Assembly (NCBI GenBank): GCA_918797485.1
Contig: CAKKNE010000001.1
Coordinates: 1,488,001 to 1,552,000, forward strand
Direction of reading: 5' to 3'
DNA length: 64,000 nucleotides
Source: Pelagomonas calceolata
Lineage: Eukaryota
A program made the position numbers and the translations under genes. A model generated the notes under the pieces. That model did no database searches and was not told the origin of the DNA. It saw only the letters and a list, made by a program, of their open reading frames with translations. Position 1 is the stretch's first letter. Every line of letters starts with the position of its first letter. Of the stretch, positions 32,801 to 44,100 are shown piece by piece.

Positions 32801-33221
32801 GGATGAAGTGCCTTCTCTGTTGCTAGGACTAGTGGGGGGGAGACGCGTTGTCGCCGCCGCGCGCCGCATGGCGTGTAAACCAAGGGCAGTTTCGCCCCCT
32901 CTGATTCGTGCGAGGATTCATCCTCCTTCGTTTGAGTCGTTGGACCCGTGTCGCCGGGGCGCCACGCTTCGCGTGTGCTGCCCAAGACTCAGCGGCTCTC
33001 GCCGTCGAGAATCGCCGGCGCAACCGGGTGCAAGAGCGCTGTTATCGTTATCGAACAGCTCTCTGACATCGCTACTGCACGCTGCCTTGACGGCTTGCAA
33101 CAACTCGCCGCGCACGGCTCAAATTCGACACGGTTCAACACCCTGTTGCAGTTGTGAGGTGGCAGAAAGCGACGCCGAAGCGTAAAATTAGACGCCAGCA
33201 GCGCGGCTTTACGTCGTAGCC

Positions 33222-35639
33222 ATGCTCCGAGCATCAAGGCTCCTGCGCGTGGAACTGAGACTAGGCGCGGCAAGACGCCGCCTCAGCCTCGCCTACAGCC
33301 CGCCGCTGACGGGCGCCGACTACCTGCACACGCCCAAGTTCTGGACCGGTTTGGAGCCTCAAAATACACCAGGCTTCGACGCCGAAAGGAACTGCCTCGC
33401 GTCGCTCAAAGCCCCGGACCTACGAGAACGAGGCCCCAAACTCCGCGACACCCTCGAGGACTACTTCGAGAACGGCTGGGCGTTGACGGAGGTCCTCTTC
33501 TCCTCGCTGCGAGGGCCAGAAGCGTATTACAGACCACCAGCACATGGCCTAAGGCACCCGCTCGTCTTTTACTACGGACACCCCGCCGCACTGGCGGTCA
33601 ATAAGTTAAGGGTGGCCGGCGCTCTCACAAAAGGTCTGTGTGATGACTTCGACGTCTTGTTCGAGACGGGCGTCGACGAGATGTCCTGGGACGATCTCGA
33701 CACGCCGTCGACGAGATGGCCCGAATTGCAAGAAGTGAGAGAATACCGTTCCAAAGCTCGCGACTTGGTCTTGGACGTGATCCGGAACCACCCCGCGCTC
33801 GATGAACCCATCTCTAGTAAGGAAGCGACGGACTCGAAGTTTGTGGTGTGGAGCCTGGGCATGATTTGTGAACACGAGCGCATCCATTTGGAGACGTCGA
33901 CGACGCTGATGCGGGAGCTGCCTATTGACGACGTGTCGAGGCCGTCGTATTGGCCGCCGGACCACCCTTCCGTTACTGCAGAGACGTCTGTGGCTCCTGT
34001 GGAGCTCGTCTCAGTGAATGGTGGCTCGATCGAGCTGGGGAAACCGAGGACGCACTCTACCTACTCCTGGGACAACGAGTACGGGTCTCGGGTGATCGAG
34101 GCGCGACCGTTCAAGGCGTCGCGGACGCAGGTGACGAACGGGCAGTACCTCGACTTTGTGAAGGCCGGCGGCTACGCTTCGCCGGAACACTGGAGCGAGG
34201 ACGGCTGGGCCTGGCGGTCGTTCCGCAACACGAAGTGGCCCCACTTCTGGGAAAGGACCGGTCCCCAAGGCGTGCACGAGTACGCGCTGCGGCTGCCGTT
34301 CGACGAGGTGCCGTTACCTCTGGACCTCCCGGCCGAGGTGAACAAGCACGAAGCCCACGCCTATGCGAAGTGGCTGTCTTCGGAAAAGGGCCAAAGCTTA
34401 CGCCTCCCGACGGAGTGCGAGTACCACCTGATGTTGGAAGCCAATAACGGCTGCACGCTAGCCAAAGCGCGAGAAAACGAAGCTGTGGACGACGTCGCGA
34501 CGATGGGCGCCAAAGAACTCGCTCCGACTCCTTTGAACGCCAATTTAGCCTGGGGCTCTCCATCAAGTGTATATGACGGCCAAGCGCCCTTCGGTGGGTT
34601 AAGAGGCAACAGCTGGGAGTACTGCGAGGACTGGTTCGCGGCTTTACCGGGCTACGAGACGCACCCCTTGTACGAGGACTTCTCCACGCCCTGCTTCGAC
34701 GGGCAGCACGCCTTGATACTGGGTGGGAGCTTCGCCTCGACGGGCAACGAGGCGTCCGTGTTCTCTCGCTTCCATTTTAGGCCCCACTTCCACAACCTGC
34801 TGTCGTTTCGCGTTGTTAGTGGAGAGGAGCACCCCGAATTAACCTCGCACGACGCCGCGAAGCCGTGGGCCGCGGGGTGGGTCCCGCCTACCTACAAAAA
34901 GCAGTCCGAGGAAGGGTCGCACAAGTACGAGAGTGCTGCCCAATTGGCCGCTTATCTCGACTTGCATTATGGTGGGAGGGGTGCCTTAGACGGGCCTGCT
35001 TCGTCTCTTCACAGTTTATCATTGGAGGACGCCTTGGACTTTCCCCAGCGGTGCGCCGCGAAGCTAGGTAGTGGTCGAAGAGCTTTAGATGTGGGCTGCG
35101 CCGTCGGCGGGTCCTGCAAAGCCCTCGCGTCTTCATTTGATGAAGTCGTGGGTATCGATTACGCCCAGGGGTTCGTCGACGCGGCCAATGCCCTCAAAAC
35201 GAACGACCTCAACTACGCTAGATCAGGTGAGGCGTCGCTCCCGGGTGCGCAGTGCCTCGCTCATGCATTCACACCAGCCGAAGCGGCGAAGCTCACGTTT
35301 CTCAAGGGCGACGCGTGTGCCTTACCTGCATCTCTGGGCACCTTCGACGCCGTCCTCGCCGCCAATTTATTATGTCGGTTACAGGAGCCGCTGGCGTTCA
35401 TTGACCGATTGCCTTCTTTGGTAAACGCGGGCGGACGCGTCTTCTTCGCGTCACCGTTTTCCTGGATGAGCGAGTACACTCCACCAGACAAGTGGCTGTC
35501 GCCTCAGCAGCTCGAGGAGCGGATGCGCGAAAACGGCTTCGTCCTGGAAGCGGCGGCGCCGGAGGCGGTCGTCATCCGGGACCACGCGCGCAAGTTCCAG
35601 TTCGTCGTCTCGCACGGCATGCTCTTCCGCAAGAGCTAG
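33222..35639 (+). CDS. ovoA: 5-histidylcysteine sulfoxide synthase / methyltransferase (ovothiol biosynthesis)
   Basis: LRHPLVFYYGH, LFETGVDEMSWDD, iron motif HERIHLE, FGE-sulfatase domain (WDNEYG, YEDFSTPCFDG), C-terminal SAM methyltransferase LDVGCAVGG...ANLLCRL. Confidence 0.93.
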   Translation: MLRASRLLRVELRLGAARRRLSLAYSPPLTGADYLHTPKFWTGLEPQNTPGFDAERNCLASLKAPDLRERGPKLRDTLEDYFENGWALTEVLFSSLRGPEAYYRPPAHGLRHPLVFYYGHPAALAVNKLRVAGALTKGLCDDFDVLFETGVDEMSWDDLDTPSTRWPELQEVREYRSKARDLVLDVIRNHPALDEPISSKEATDSKFVVWSLGMICEHERIHLETSTTLMRELPIDDVSRPSYWPPDHPSVTAETSVAPVELVSVNGGSIELGKPRTHSTYSWDNEYGSRVIEARPFKASRTQVTNGQYLDFVKAGGYASPEHWSEDGWAWRSFRNTKWPHFWERTGPQGVHEYALRLPFDEVPLPLDLPAEVNKHEAHAYAKWLSSEKGQSLRLPTECEYHLMLEANNGCTLAKARENEAVDDVATMGAKELAPTPLNANLAWGSPSSVYDGQAPFGGLRGNSWEYCEDWFAALPGYETHPLYEDFSTPCFDGQHALILGGSFASTGNEASVFSRFHFRPHFHNLLSFRVVSGEEHPELTSHDAAKPWAAGWVPPTYKKQSEEGSHKYESAAQLAAYLDLHYGGRGALDGPASSLHSLSLEDALDFPQRCAAKLGSGRRALDVGCAVGGSCKALASSFDEVVGIDYAQGFVDAANALKTNDLNYARSGEASLPGAQCLAHAFTPAEAAKLTFLKGDACALPASLGTFDAVLAANLLCRLQEPLAFIDRLPSLVNAGGRVFFASPFSWMSEYTPPDKWLSPQQLEERMRENGFVLEAAAPEAVVIRDHARKFQFVVSHGMLFRKS

Positions 35640-35814
35640 TGTCCCGTCCTTTCCCCCATCATGTTGACGGACACGTTGCGCTGCGCAAGCGCGCTCTAAA
35701 GTTACTATTATGTTACACACCCACATGATGATCATACGCCGTCGCTGCGAATTCCGTCCGCATAATGATGGTGCGCCGCGGCGAGGGCGTACTGAGCACG
35801 CCGCCGCCGCGACT

Positions 35815-36495
35815 TCAGTACTCGACGTCCGTCCGCACGCGGAGCTCCGACAAAGGTATCCGCCGCACCTCGTTGTTCTCGAAGCTCGAGCCCGTGAGCG
35901 CCGAGAGTACACCCCAGTGGCACGTCACCCCGATCACGGCCTCGTCCCGCGCCTCCAGCCAGGCCGTGAGCGCCGCCATGCGCGCGCGGAAGGCGTCGAG
36001 CGGCTCGCCCGCCGAGCAGTACGTGCCCGGCGGGCGCCAGTCGTCGGCGGGCGGCGGCGCGTAGGCGTCACTATTTGCGAGCGCGCCGTACCACCAGTTG
36101 TCCTCCGGAAATTCGTCGTCGCGGAACGCGAAGCGCTTGCCGACGCCGTCCCGTAGCACTGATACGGGCGTCCCGACATCCGAACTCATGTAGCAGCGTT
36201 CTGCTGCGAGCGGCAGCGCCAACGCGGGCACGCCGCGACTCAGGGCGTCGTCGAACGCCGCGTCCGCCGTCGCGAGCGCTCGCGTCAGCGGCGACGACAC
36301 GACGAGCTCGACGTCCGCCGCGTCTCGCGCGAGCGGTTCGCGCAGCGCGCGCGCGCCCGCGAGGCCCGAGGGTTCCAATGGCGCGTCTCGAATATCCGGG
36401 TCGACGAAGTTGGGACTGCCCCAGGGCTGTCTTCCGAGCGCGACGTTCATTTTGGACAGGCCGTGGCGCACAAAGACGATGTGTCGCGCAGCCAT
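35815..36495 (-). CDS. Histidine phosphatase (phosphoglycerate mutase-like) family protein
   Basis: IVFVRHG, VVSSPLTRALAT, VTCHWGVL. Confidence 0.9.
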   Translation of the reverse strand: MAARHIVFVRHGLSKMNVALGRQPWGSPNFVDPDIRDAPLEPSGLAGARALREPLARDAADVELVVSSPLTRALATADAAFDDALSRGVPALALPLAAERCYMSSDVGTPVSVLRDGVGKRFAFRDDEFPEDNWWYGALANSDAYAPPPADDWRPPGTYCSAGEPLDAFRARMAALTAWLEARDEAVIGVTCHWGVLSALTGSSFENNEVRRIPLSELRVRTDVEY

Positions 36496-36912
36496 TGCTG
36501 CTTGAAAATGGAGCGTAATTCGCCACATCCAGGCCATGAATGGTGCACCTATGGCAAGAGTGGCAACCAAAGAGAGCAGATGGAAGCTAGCGCACCGACA
36601 TACTAGCCTTGCAACCCAAAGGCGCCCCCACAGCCTTGTGGCCCAGAGAGGAGGTAAAGAAGCGTCGAATAAGGCCTTCTAAGGGTCCACGAAGGTCACG
36701 ATGACACGCTGCGAAGCCGTTTTGCGCGTGCCCTCAGAGCTCTTGATAAACGTACGCGCGACGAAATACGGAAGCAGTGGCGCTGCGGCGCACGCAAAAT
36801 TACTTCTCTACCCCAACGGCAGCCAGCGCCGAGCTGTTCACGCCGCTAGGGGCGTTTTAGAGGCAGTCTACTTGTAAGCTCTTCGTATCCGCGCGCAATA
36901 CGCGCCCGCAAG

Positions 36913-37488
36913 ATGATCTCCGCACTCGCCGTACGCTGCCGCGCAAGCCGGCTCTTCTCAAGTGTCCCGCGCGACATCTCCGTCTCGCTGTACGGCGGCC
37001 GCCTCCCGCTCAACGCCGTCGGCAGCGTCGCTTTGGTGAGAGACCGCGTCGTCGTCACGCCCTACGACGCGAACACCAGCAGAGATATAAGAGCATCGCT
37101 GGCCGAAGCCCTGCCCGAGAACCGCCGCGTCTATTACGACAGCAAGTCCGGCCAGGTCGTCGTGGCCCCGGCGGACTCCCCGCGCCGCGCCAAGCAAGCT
37201 CGCGAGCCGCGGAATCCGCGTGCCGTGGAGCTCGACGAGGACCTCGCAGAGCTAGCCGAGGACGTCGAGTTGTCGACGTCCTCGCCCACACGCCGCTCGA
37301 AGACGCGCCGCCCCCGCACGAAAGTAAGCAAGCGCTCGCGCCGCGGCGACGAGCTTGACTACCGCTACGAGAGAAGGGCGGCCAGCGGCGGCGCCAAGAC
37401 TCGGCGGCAGCTCGACCGCGAGTTGGCGCGGCGGTACGAGTACGTCGACAGCGTCATCGTGGAGGACGACGCCGAGGAGGCGCTCTGA
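36913..37488 (+). CDS. Hypothetical protein with a mitochondrial presequence-like N-terminus
   Basis: MISALAVRCRASRLFSS; coding-like codon use. Confidence 0.6.
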   Translation: MISALAVRCRASRLFSSVPRDISVSLYGGRLPLNAVGSVALVRDRVVVTPYDANTSRDIRASLAEALPENRRVYYDSKSGQVVVAPADSPRRAKQAREPRNPRAVELDEDLAELAEDVELSTSSPTRRSKTRRPRTKVSKRSRRGDELDYRYERRAASGGAKTRRQLDRELARRYEYVDSVIVEDDAEEAL

Positions 37489-37565
37489 AGGCTCCTCCTA
37501 CTAAGATCAAGACTGTATTTAAGCACAGGAGTAGTAGTATCTACACAGCAAAAGACAAGCAGCGG

Positions 37566-38303
37566 CTACTGGACGGCGAACCAGTCCAGCGCCAGGGGCA
37601 CGACCGTGAACGTGCCAGCTAATGAGACCGTCCGCGCGGGCAGGCCCCGGAAGAACTCCCTGAGTCCGCCAGCTGCATAGATCTGGGCGATCGCCTGGCG
37701 GGGAGTCACGCCAGTGGCCTGTTGATACGCGGCCACGACGGAGGGCGCATGGCTCGCGGGACCGGCCACAGAGGCGGCGGCCACGCCGCAGGACAGCTCG
37801 CGCAGGAACCGTTGCGTCGTGGGGTAGCGCTCCTCCGCGATGGTCCGCAGGCGCGGGCGCACCGCGAAGAGAGCTGCGGCGAAAGGAACTTCGCGGCACG
37901 CCGTCGCAAGCATGCCGGGTGGCCACGCAAGACCAGCGACGCCGCCGCGCCGGTAGATGGCCACGGCGGTCTCTCGCACCGATAGATTTCGGGCGTGCGA
38001 CGCCGTGATGCACCGCTCGACTTGCGACGTGACACAGACGCCCGCGATCGCGCCGGACGCGGCAGAGGCCGCGAGGTCCCCACACCGCGGCTTTAGGACA
38101 GTGGACACGCCGTCCTCGATGATGGTCGTCGGCGCGATCGACACCCAGAGCGCGCCGCCGCCGGCGTACAACCTGTGGAGCGGCGGCAGCGCCGAGAGAC
38201 CGGCCCCGACGCGCTTCGCGACGATCCAGAGCGGGTAGTTGACCAAAATGTCCGCGGCCATGGCGGCGCCGACGCTCGCCGCGCGCAGGACCCGGCGCTC
38301 CAT
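37566..38303 (-). CDS. Mitochondrial carrier (SLC25) family protein
   Basis: NYPLWIVAKR, REVPF, GGLREFFRGLPART; three-repeat layout with degenerate signature motifs. Confidence 0.82.
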   Translation of the reverse strand: MERRVLRAASVGAAMAADILVNYPLWIVAKRVGAGLSALPPLHRLYAGGGALWVSIAPTTIIEDGVSTVLKPRCGDLAASAASGAIAGVCVTSQVERCITASHARNLSVRETAVAIYRRGGVAGLAWPPGMLATACREVPFAAALFAVRPRLRTIAEERYPTTQRFLRELSCGVAAASVAGPASHAPSVVAAYQQATGVTPRQAIAQIYAAGGLREFFRGLPARTVSLAGTFTVVPLALDWFAVQ

Positions 38304-38307
38304 GGCC

Positions 38308-38520
38308 TCAGTCGCCCTTCTCCTTGGTCGCGTAGCGCTCCTCGTAGGTCTTCTGGATGGCCTCGTCGGATAATGAGCGGGAGCGGCGCCGGGGGTCGAC
38401 GTGCTGCGACATCTCCTGTATCGAACCCTTGGAGACCGTGTGTTTCAGTGTCGGTGCGGGCGCGGACCGCTGGTCGTTGCTGGGCGCGTCCTCGGCGATG
38501 GCGGGCAGCGTCGACATCAT
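38308..38520 (-). CDS. 70-aa upstream ORF or small gene ending 4 bp before the carrier ATG
   Basis: MMSTLPAIAED...EKGD-TGA-GGCC-ATG; high-GC3 codons. Confidence 0.5.
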   Translation of the reverse strand: MMSTLPAIAEDAPSNDQRSAPAPTLKHTVSKGSIQEMSQHVDPRRRSRSLSDEAIQKTYEERYATKEKGD

Positions 38521-38893
38521 CTTATTGTAAGCGGTGTGGGGCGGAGAACAAGAGAGCACCGGCCCTTGTCACACCCTGAATCTGGTCACATGCGGACAGG
38601 TGCGACGAAGACGGGTCCCAATCATCCCCGTCCTCACTTACATGCATGGAACTGCGTCTCCCCGTTGCCTGGTGCTGCCGAAGCAAACCCGACCCCAGTC
38701 GAGCTCAACACACAAAAACGCGACTGGCAAATCGCGTTGATCTCTCACATAAATCAACCAATCCGAGCGTCGATTGGAGCTGCAGTGCTCGGAGGTTAGC
38801 AGATTACATTGCTGCAACCTCATTTGCTGTGCTTGCACTGGTGTCGAGCGGCAGCTGTGAGAACAAGGCACTATTCGCAGGATAGGCGTAGCG

Positions 38894-39006
38894 CAAGCCC
38901 ACAGATCTCGCCGCAGCGCGGGCAAGCTAGCAGATCACACCGCAGCGCGGGCAAGCTCGCAAATCACACCGCAGCGCGGACAAGCCCACAGATCACACCG
39001 CAGCGC
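38894..39006 (+). repeat. 29-bp minisatellite, four copies, just upstream of the kinase ATG
   Basis: CAAGC(CCA/TAG/TCG)CA(G/A)ATC(AC)(A)CCGCAGCGCGG(G) units start at 38894, 38923, 38952, 38981. Confidence 0.9.
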
Positions 39007-39023
39007 AGCGTCAGCGCAGGACC

Positions 39024-40785
39024 ATGACGGGCCGCATCTCCCCGCCGAGAAAAGGCGAGCGGTCGTCGTCGATGGACGACAGCGGTTTAGATCATCGCTT
39101 CGACAGCGGGAAGGGGTACAAGACGAAGCAGAGCGAGTTGGACGACGTGGAGCGCTACGTCGCGGGCTGCATGTTATTGAGGCACGTTGCTAGAGGCGAG
39201 CGCGAGCAAGCTAGAAAACTGTGTACCGATGATGCACGCTTGGTGAACTATCGCGACTACGATCGAAGAACGGTGTTGCATCTGGCGGCGAGCGAAGGGC
39301 GCCTCGGCATCCTCGAAGACCTGCTCAACCGTGGTGCTAGACCAAATAGGTCGGATCGGTGGGGCGGCTCACCTTTAGATGATGCCCTGCGGCACCGGCA
39401 CCACGCCGTCGCTTCCGAATTGCGGAAGCGCGGTGCGCGGCTGGGTGCTGGAGTAGACTACGGCGCGCAGATCATCGCGGCGGCCGCGGCGGGGGACGTC
39501 CGCGCCGTTGGAAGACCGTGTGGAAATCAACCAATCGAGCAGACGTCGCGTCGATGGCGTGGAGTTTGACGTGATTTCTACACAGGTCGAGGATTTACTT
39601 GATGATGGGGCCATCCATGCGAACGCGCAGGATTATGACGGAAGACGGCCGCTCCACCTGGCCGCCGGCGAGGAGCACCTGGAAGTCGTCACCCTACTCC
39701 TGAGCAGGGGCGCGGACCCGGGAGTCAGAGATAGGTGGGGCCACGCGCCCCTCGACGGGTGTAGTCATGATGGAGCGTGTGAAAAAGCACTCATAACAGC
39801 GGGCGCGCCGCCGCGGCGCATGGACGGCTCGCAGGCGTCGGGCCGCGGCGACCAGACGCCGCGAGACGGAGGTTGTGAGTTCATCACCGACCCGCAGGAT
39901 GTGGAATTGCTTGAGAGGTTAGGTGGAGGGTCCTTCGGCGTCGTGTATCGGGCGACGTGGCGGGGCACTCCTGTAGCCGCGAAATGTTTGAGGGCGACGG
40001 CGGGCAACTCCGAGGACGAGGCGCTAGCCCTCAAGGATTTCCACAACGAGGCCACCGTGCTGTTTCGGTTAAGGCACCCGAACATCGCCACTCTGTTAGC
40101 CTACTCCGACGCCCCGGGAAAGGAGATATTAGTGTCCGAGCTCATGCGGGGCTCGGTCCTAGATCGTCTTAGGGTATTAGGAGACGGCCGCTACTTACAA
40201 AAGCCGAAAGCGCTGCGATGGGCGACGGAACTATGTCGCGGCATGGCCTACCTCCACTCGCGGCGGCCGCCGGTGCTCCACCGCGATCTAAAACCCGGCA
40301 ATCTACTGCTGGACTCCAACGACTCCATCAAGATCACGGACTTTGGCCTGGCGACGATACGAGTCGCTTCTACGGAATCGAAGAGCCCCGGCCCCGACTC
40401 GCCGGAAGATCTAACGGGAACGACGGGTTCGTTCCGCTTCATGGCGCCGGAAGTCGCCGCGTCGAAGCCGTACGGCCGGCCCGTCGACGTCTACTCCTTC
40501 GCGATGATCCTCTACAATTTATATGCGTCCGAGCCGCCGTGGCGCGGTGAAAGTGGGGAAAGTGCGGCTCGGCACGGCATTCGGGGCGAGCGGCCGAATT
40601 TACCTCGTAGCTGGGATCAAAAAGTAGTGGATCTGATCCGCAATTGCTGGGCGCACGAGCCGGCGGCGCGGCCGTCGTTCTTGGCGATTCTAGACCTGCT
40701 CGACGAGCTCGCGTCGGCCGGCCTCGTCGAGGCGGACACAGCTTTTTCGACGAGGGCGAAGAAGGCGTGCTGCGTCGTCTCCTGA
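39024..40785 (+). CDS. Ankyrin-repeat tyrosine-kinase-like protein kinase (ILK/VIK-like); exons 39024-39506, 39586-40785
   Basis: DYDRRTVLHLAASEG, DRWGGSPL ankyrin repeats; GGGSFG, VAAK, HRDLKPGN, DFG, MAPE; C-terminal CCVVS CaaX-like motif. Confidence 0.92.
39507..39585 (+). mobile_element. Introner intron in inverted orientation, GT-AG, 79 bp
   Basis: CCGTGTGGAAATCAACCA...CGCGTCGATGGCGTGGAG...TGATTTCTACACAG is the reverse-complement layout of the 60232 copy. Confidence 0.88.
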
Positions 40786-41189
40786 GGACTCATCTCTGTC
40801 CCGTACCGCTCTCGAGCCGACCGGACATCCTACCCCTATCTTTCTCTCACGCTGACTCTCATGTCTAATACGAATGTAAACTACTAGACTCGGATACGCT
40901 CAGCCGAGCGCGTCGACGTCGTAAACGCGGCGGTATGGATACCTGGGAGACCTATTGTTGGAGTGCTAGTATGTCACAGCTCTATGCCAGGCAAGTTTTA
41001 CAAGCCTGACTGGCCTGATTACAGCGCGCAGTGGTGCAGGGAGATAGAGGCTGATAGATCCAAGTTACGAGTAATAAAAAGAAGCGCAAGCGGCGCAAAT
41101 TGTCGCTGCGCGTTCAGCTGACAGCGCGATTGCACAGAGAGCACAGCGTCATAGCACTGCTGTGCATCAACTTGGTGACACACGCAGAG

Positions 41190-44100
41190 ATGTGCAAACA
41201 CCCGGAGGAGCCGGCTGGTGACGCGCACAAAGCCGCCGATGCAGCGGAAGCAGCGGAAGCAGCGCCCTACGACGCCGCGAGCCTCTGGTCGCGGTTGACG
41301 TACCGCTACGCGCTGCCGCTGTTTAGGATAGGCGTGCAGCGACCGCTGCAGATCGACGACCTACCAACAATCGCAACCAGAGACGAGCTGCCCGACGTCA
41401 CGCGGCGAATCGTGGACGCGTGGGAGGCCGAGCGCACAAAACCAAAGCCGTCGCTGCCCTGGGCCCTCGCCAGATGCATGCGTAAAGATCTGATCCTGAG
41501 CGGCATGTTGTTCCTGCTCGACTTTGGCGCTTTGGTGGCGCAGGCGGCGTTATTGCGCCCTTTCGTCAACTGGCTCGCCAGATCCACGGGCAACGCGGGC
41601 GGCGGCTTCTGGCGGGCAGCACTAGTAGTGATAGCGGGCCTGACCAACTTATTTGCCCACCACGCGGCGTTCTTCATGGTCATGCGCATCGGCTGGAACT
41701 TGAGGTTGGGCATGACGGTGGCCCTCCAGAAGAAGTTATTAAGAACAAGGGCCGCGGAAGTCTCGCGCGTCAGCACGGGCTTCATCGTCTCCTTAGTGAC
41801 GAACGACTGCCAGCGCTTCGATAACCTGTTGCCCTTTTTACACGCTCCTTGGGTTTCTGGGATATTAATCGTCGTGGCCTACTTCCTCATCTCGAACATT
41901 GTCGGATACGCTGCAAGTGCCGCTGGCTTATCAGTACTACTTGTAAGTGTGGCCATCCAGGCTCGACTGGGTTTCGTGTTCAAGAAACTGCGAGCCAAGA
42001 CGGCCAAGGCCACCGACGGCCGTGTTAGACTTATCTCGGAATTACTAAATGGCATTCTGTCCGTCAAAGCCTTCGCCTGGGAGGAGCCTTGTTTGGAAGC
42101 CGTCGCCGCCGCACGATCGAAAGAAGCGTCGACCGTGTTGAGGGCGCAGTGGTGCCGCTCCTTGACGGCCGCTCTCTACTTCTCGACGACGGCCATGTCT
42201 GTCTTCGCTACTTATGCCGTGTACTTCCGCACGCAGCGAGGTCACAAACTAAGTGTAGGAGACGTCACCTCATTGGTAGCTTTGTTAAATGCGTTACGGC
42301 AGATCGTGTCCTTCGGGTGTGCTTACTTTGCGATGGCCGGTCCGGAATGCTTGGTGGCTGTTCGGAGGATGCAGCGCTTTTTGGAACTCGACGAGTGCGC
42401 GCGCGTGCCGGTGCCGGTCGACGAGCATCTACTGCGGGCAGACGGTGCCACGGTCGCGTGGCCGCGCGCGTCGCATCCGGCGGTTCTCGACGCGTGCTGC
42501 GCCGTCAAGCCCGGCCAAGTTATCGTCGTGGCGGGCCCGGTCGGGTGCGGCAAGTCGTCGTTGTTGCAAGCGTCGCTGGGCGAGCTCGACGTCACTGCTG
42601 GCAAACTGGAGTCGAGCCGCGGCGTCGTCTACGCGCCGCAGTCATGAACTGTGTGGAAATCAAATTTCCGGCGCCCCACGCCATCGACGCGGCGTCGTTA
42701 ACTCACTCACAGGTCGGCCTGGATCTTCTCCGGAACGCTATTGGAGAACGTGACGCTTGGAGCGCAGAAGATAGATAGGCAAGCGTTCGACCGCGCCGTC
42801 GAGGCTTGTGCTTTGAGGGTTGACATCGATAGTTTAGAACACGGCGAACAAACGCTGCTAGGCGAGCGCGGCGTCAATCTGTCAGGAGGCCAGAAGGCTC
42901 GGGTTGGCTTAGCTCGATGCGTCTACGCTTCAGAAGTATCGTTAGCAGCACCATTAGCTTTACTCGACGATCCCCTCGCGGCCGTCGACCCAAGTGTAGG
43001 GAAACACTTATTGGACGCGTGTGTTTTCGGTGCTCTGAAGAAGTGTGGCGTCGTCTTAGCTACGCATTCAAGACAAGTGTTACAGCGGGCCGATGCTGTG
43101 TTGGTCTTAGATGCTACTGGCACTGCGCTAGGCTTCTCGAAGTGGCACGATTTACCAGAGCAGGCCCTGGCGTTGGTGCGCGTCGACGACGAGGACGAAA
43201 TAGATGAGGTCGTAGACGCGAAGGACGTCATCGTTACCACCACGAAGAGTAAGGAGGACGCACCGACACAGAAGGAGGAGACGCGGGAGGTCGGGGACGT
43301 TTCGATGAAAACGTGGGCGGGCTACGCTCGGAGAGCGGGACCGTACACCCTCATCATCCTTGTGCTATTGTTCGTCGTAGGCCAGGGCTTACTGGTCTAC
43401 GGCGACTTCTTTTTGCTGAACTGGGCGTCGAAGAAGCCGCGCCAACAGAGAAAGACGAAGTACCTCAAAGCTTATGCGGTGATAGCGGCCTGCCTCTTGG
43501 TCGTAGCGGTCACACGAGCCTCGTCCTTTTTTTGTTGGACCATCAAGGCCGCAAATGTCCTGCACAACGACGCTGTAAGTAGGGTCCTACGAGCGCCATT
43601 GTGGTGGCACCACGCGACGCCGCGCGGCCAGGTGTTGAATCGACTGTCCCAGGACGTGGGCAACGTGGACGAGTTATTGGCGCAGGCTTTGTTTGACATG
43701 ACCCAGTTAGGCATTATGATGTTATCTGTGGTAGTAACAGCTTGCGTCGCGTTGCCGTGGATGTGACTACCTGCGTGGAAATCAAATGTCAGGCGCCCCA
43801 CCGCGACGCTGTCCCTGTGATCGCGTCGGTAACCTAACTCACTGGTTGATTTCCGCACAGGTGCCTCGTCCTCCCGCTTCTGTTGTATGTTTTCCTGAGA
43901 CATAAACGATTTGTGGGAGCCTCAATGACGGAACTGAAAAGGCTGGAGGCCATCACGAAGTCGCCCGCAGTTGGGATCTTTTCCGATACCTTACATGGGT
44001 TGACAGCCACAAGAGCGTTCCGCGGCGAAGCGAAGGCGGAAGGGGCTTTACTAGGTGCATTAGATAAAAATGCGAGGTCCTGGTTCTGGTGGTTATTATC

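Noticed and set aside
33222..38520. Ovothiol biosynthetic gene cluster
   Set aside because: Neighbours (histidine phosphatase, unknown protein, carrier) have no established role in the pathway, and no C-S lyase is present
38894..39006. CRISPR-like array
   Set aside because: Units are contiguous with no unique spacers, no cas genes, eukaryotic context
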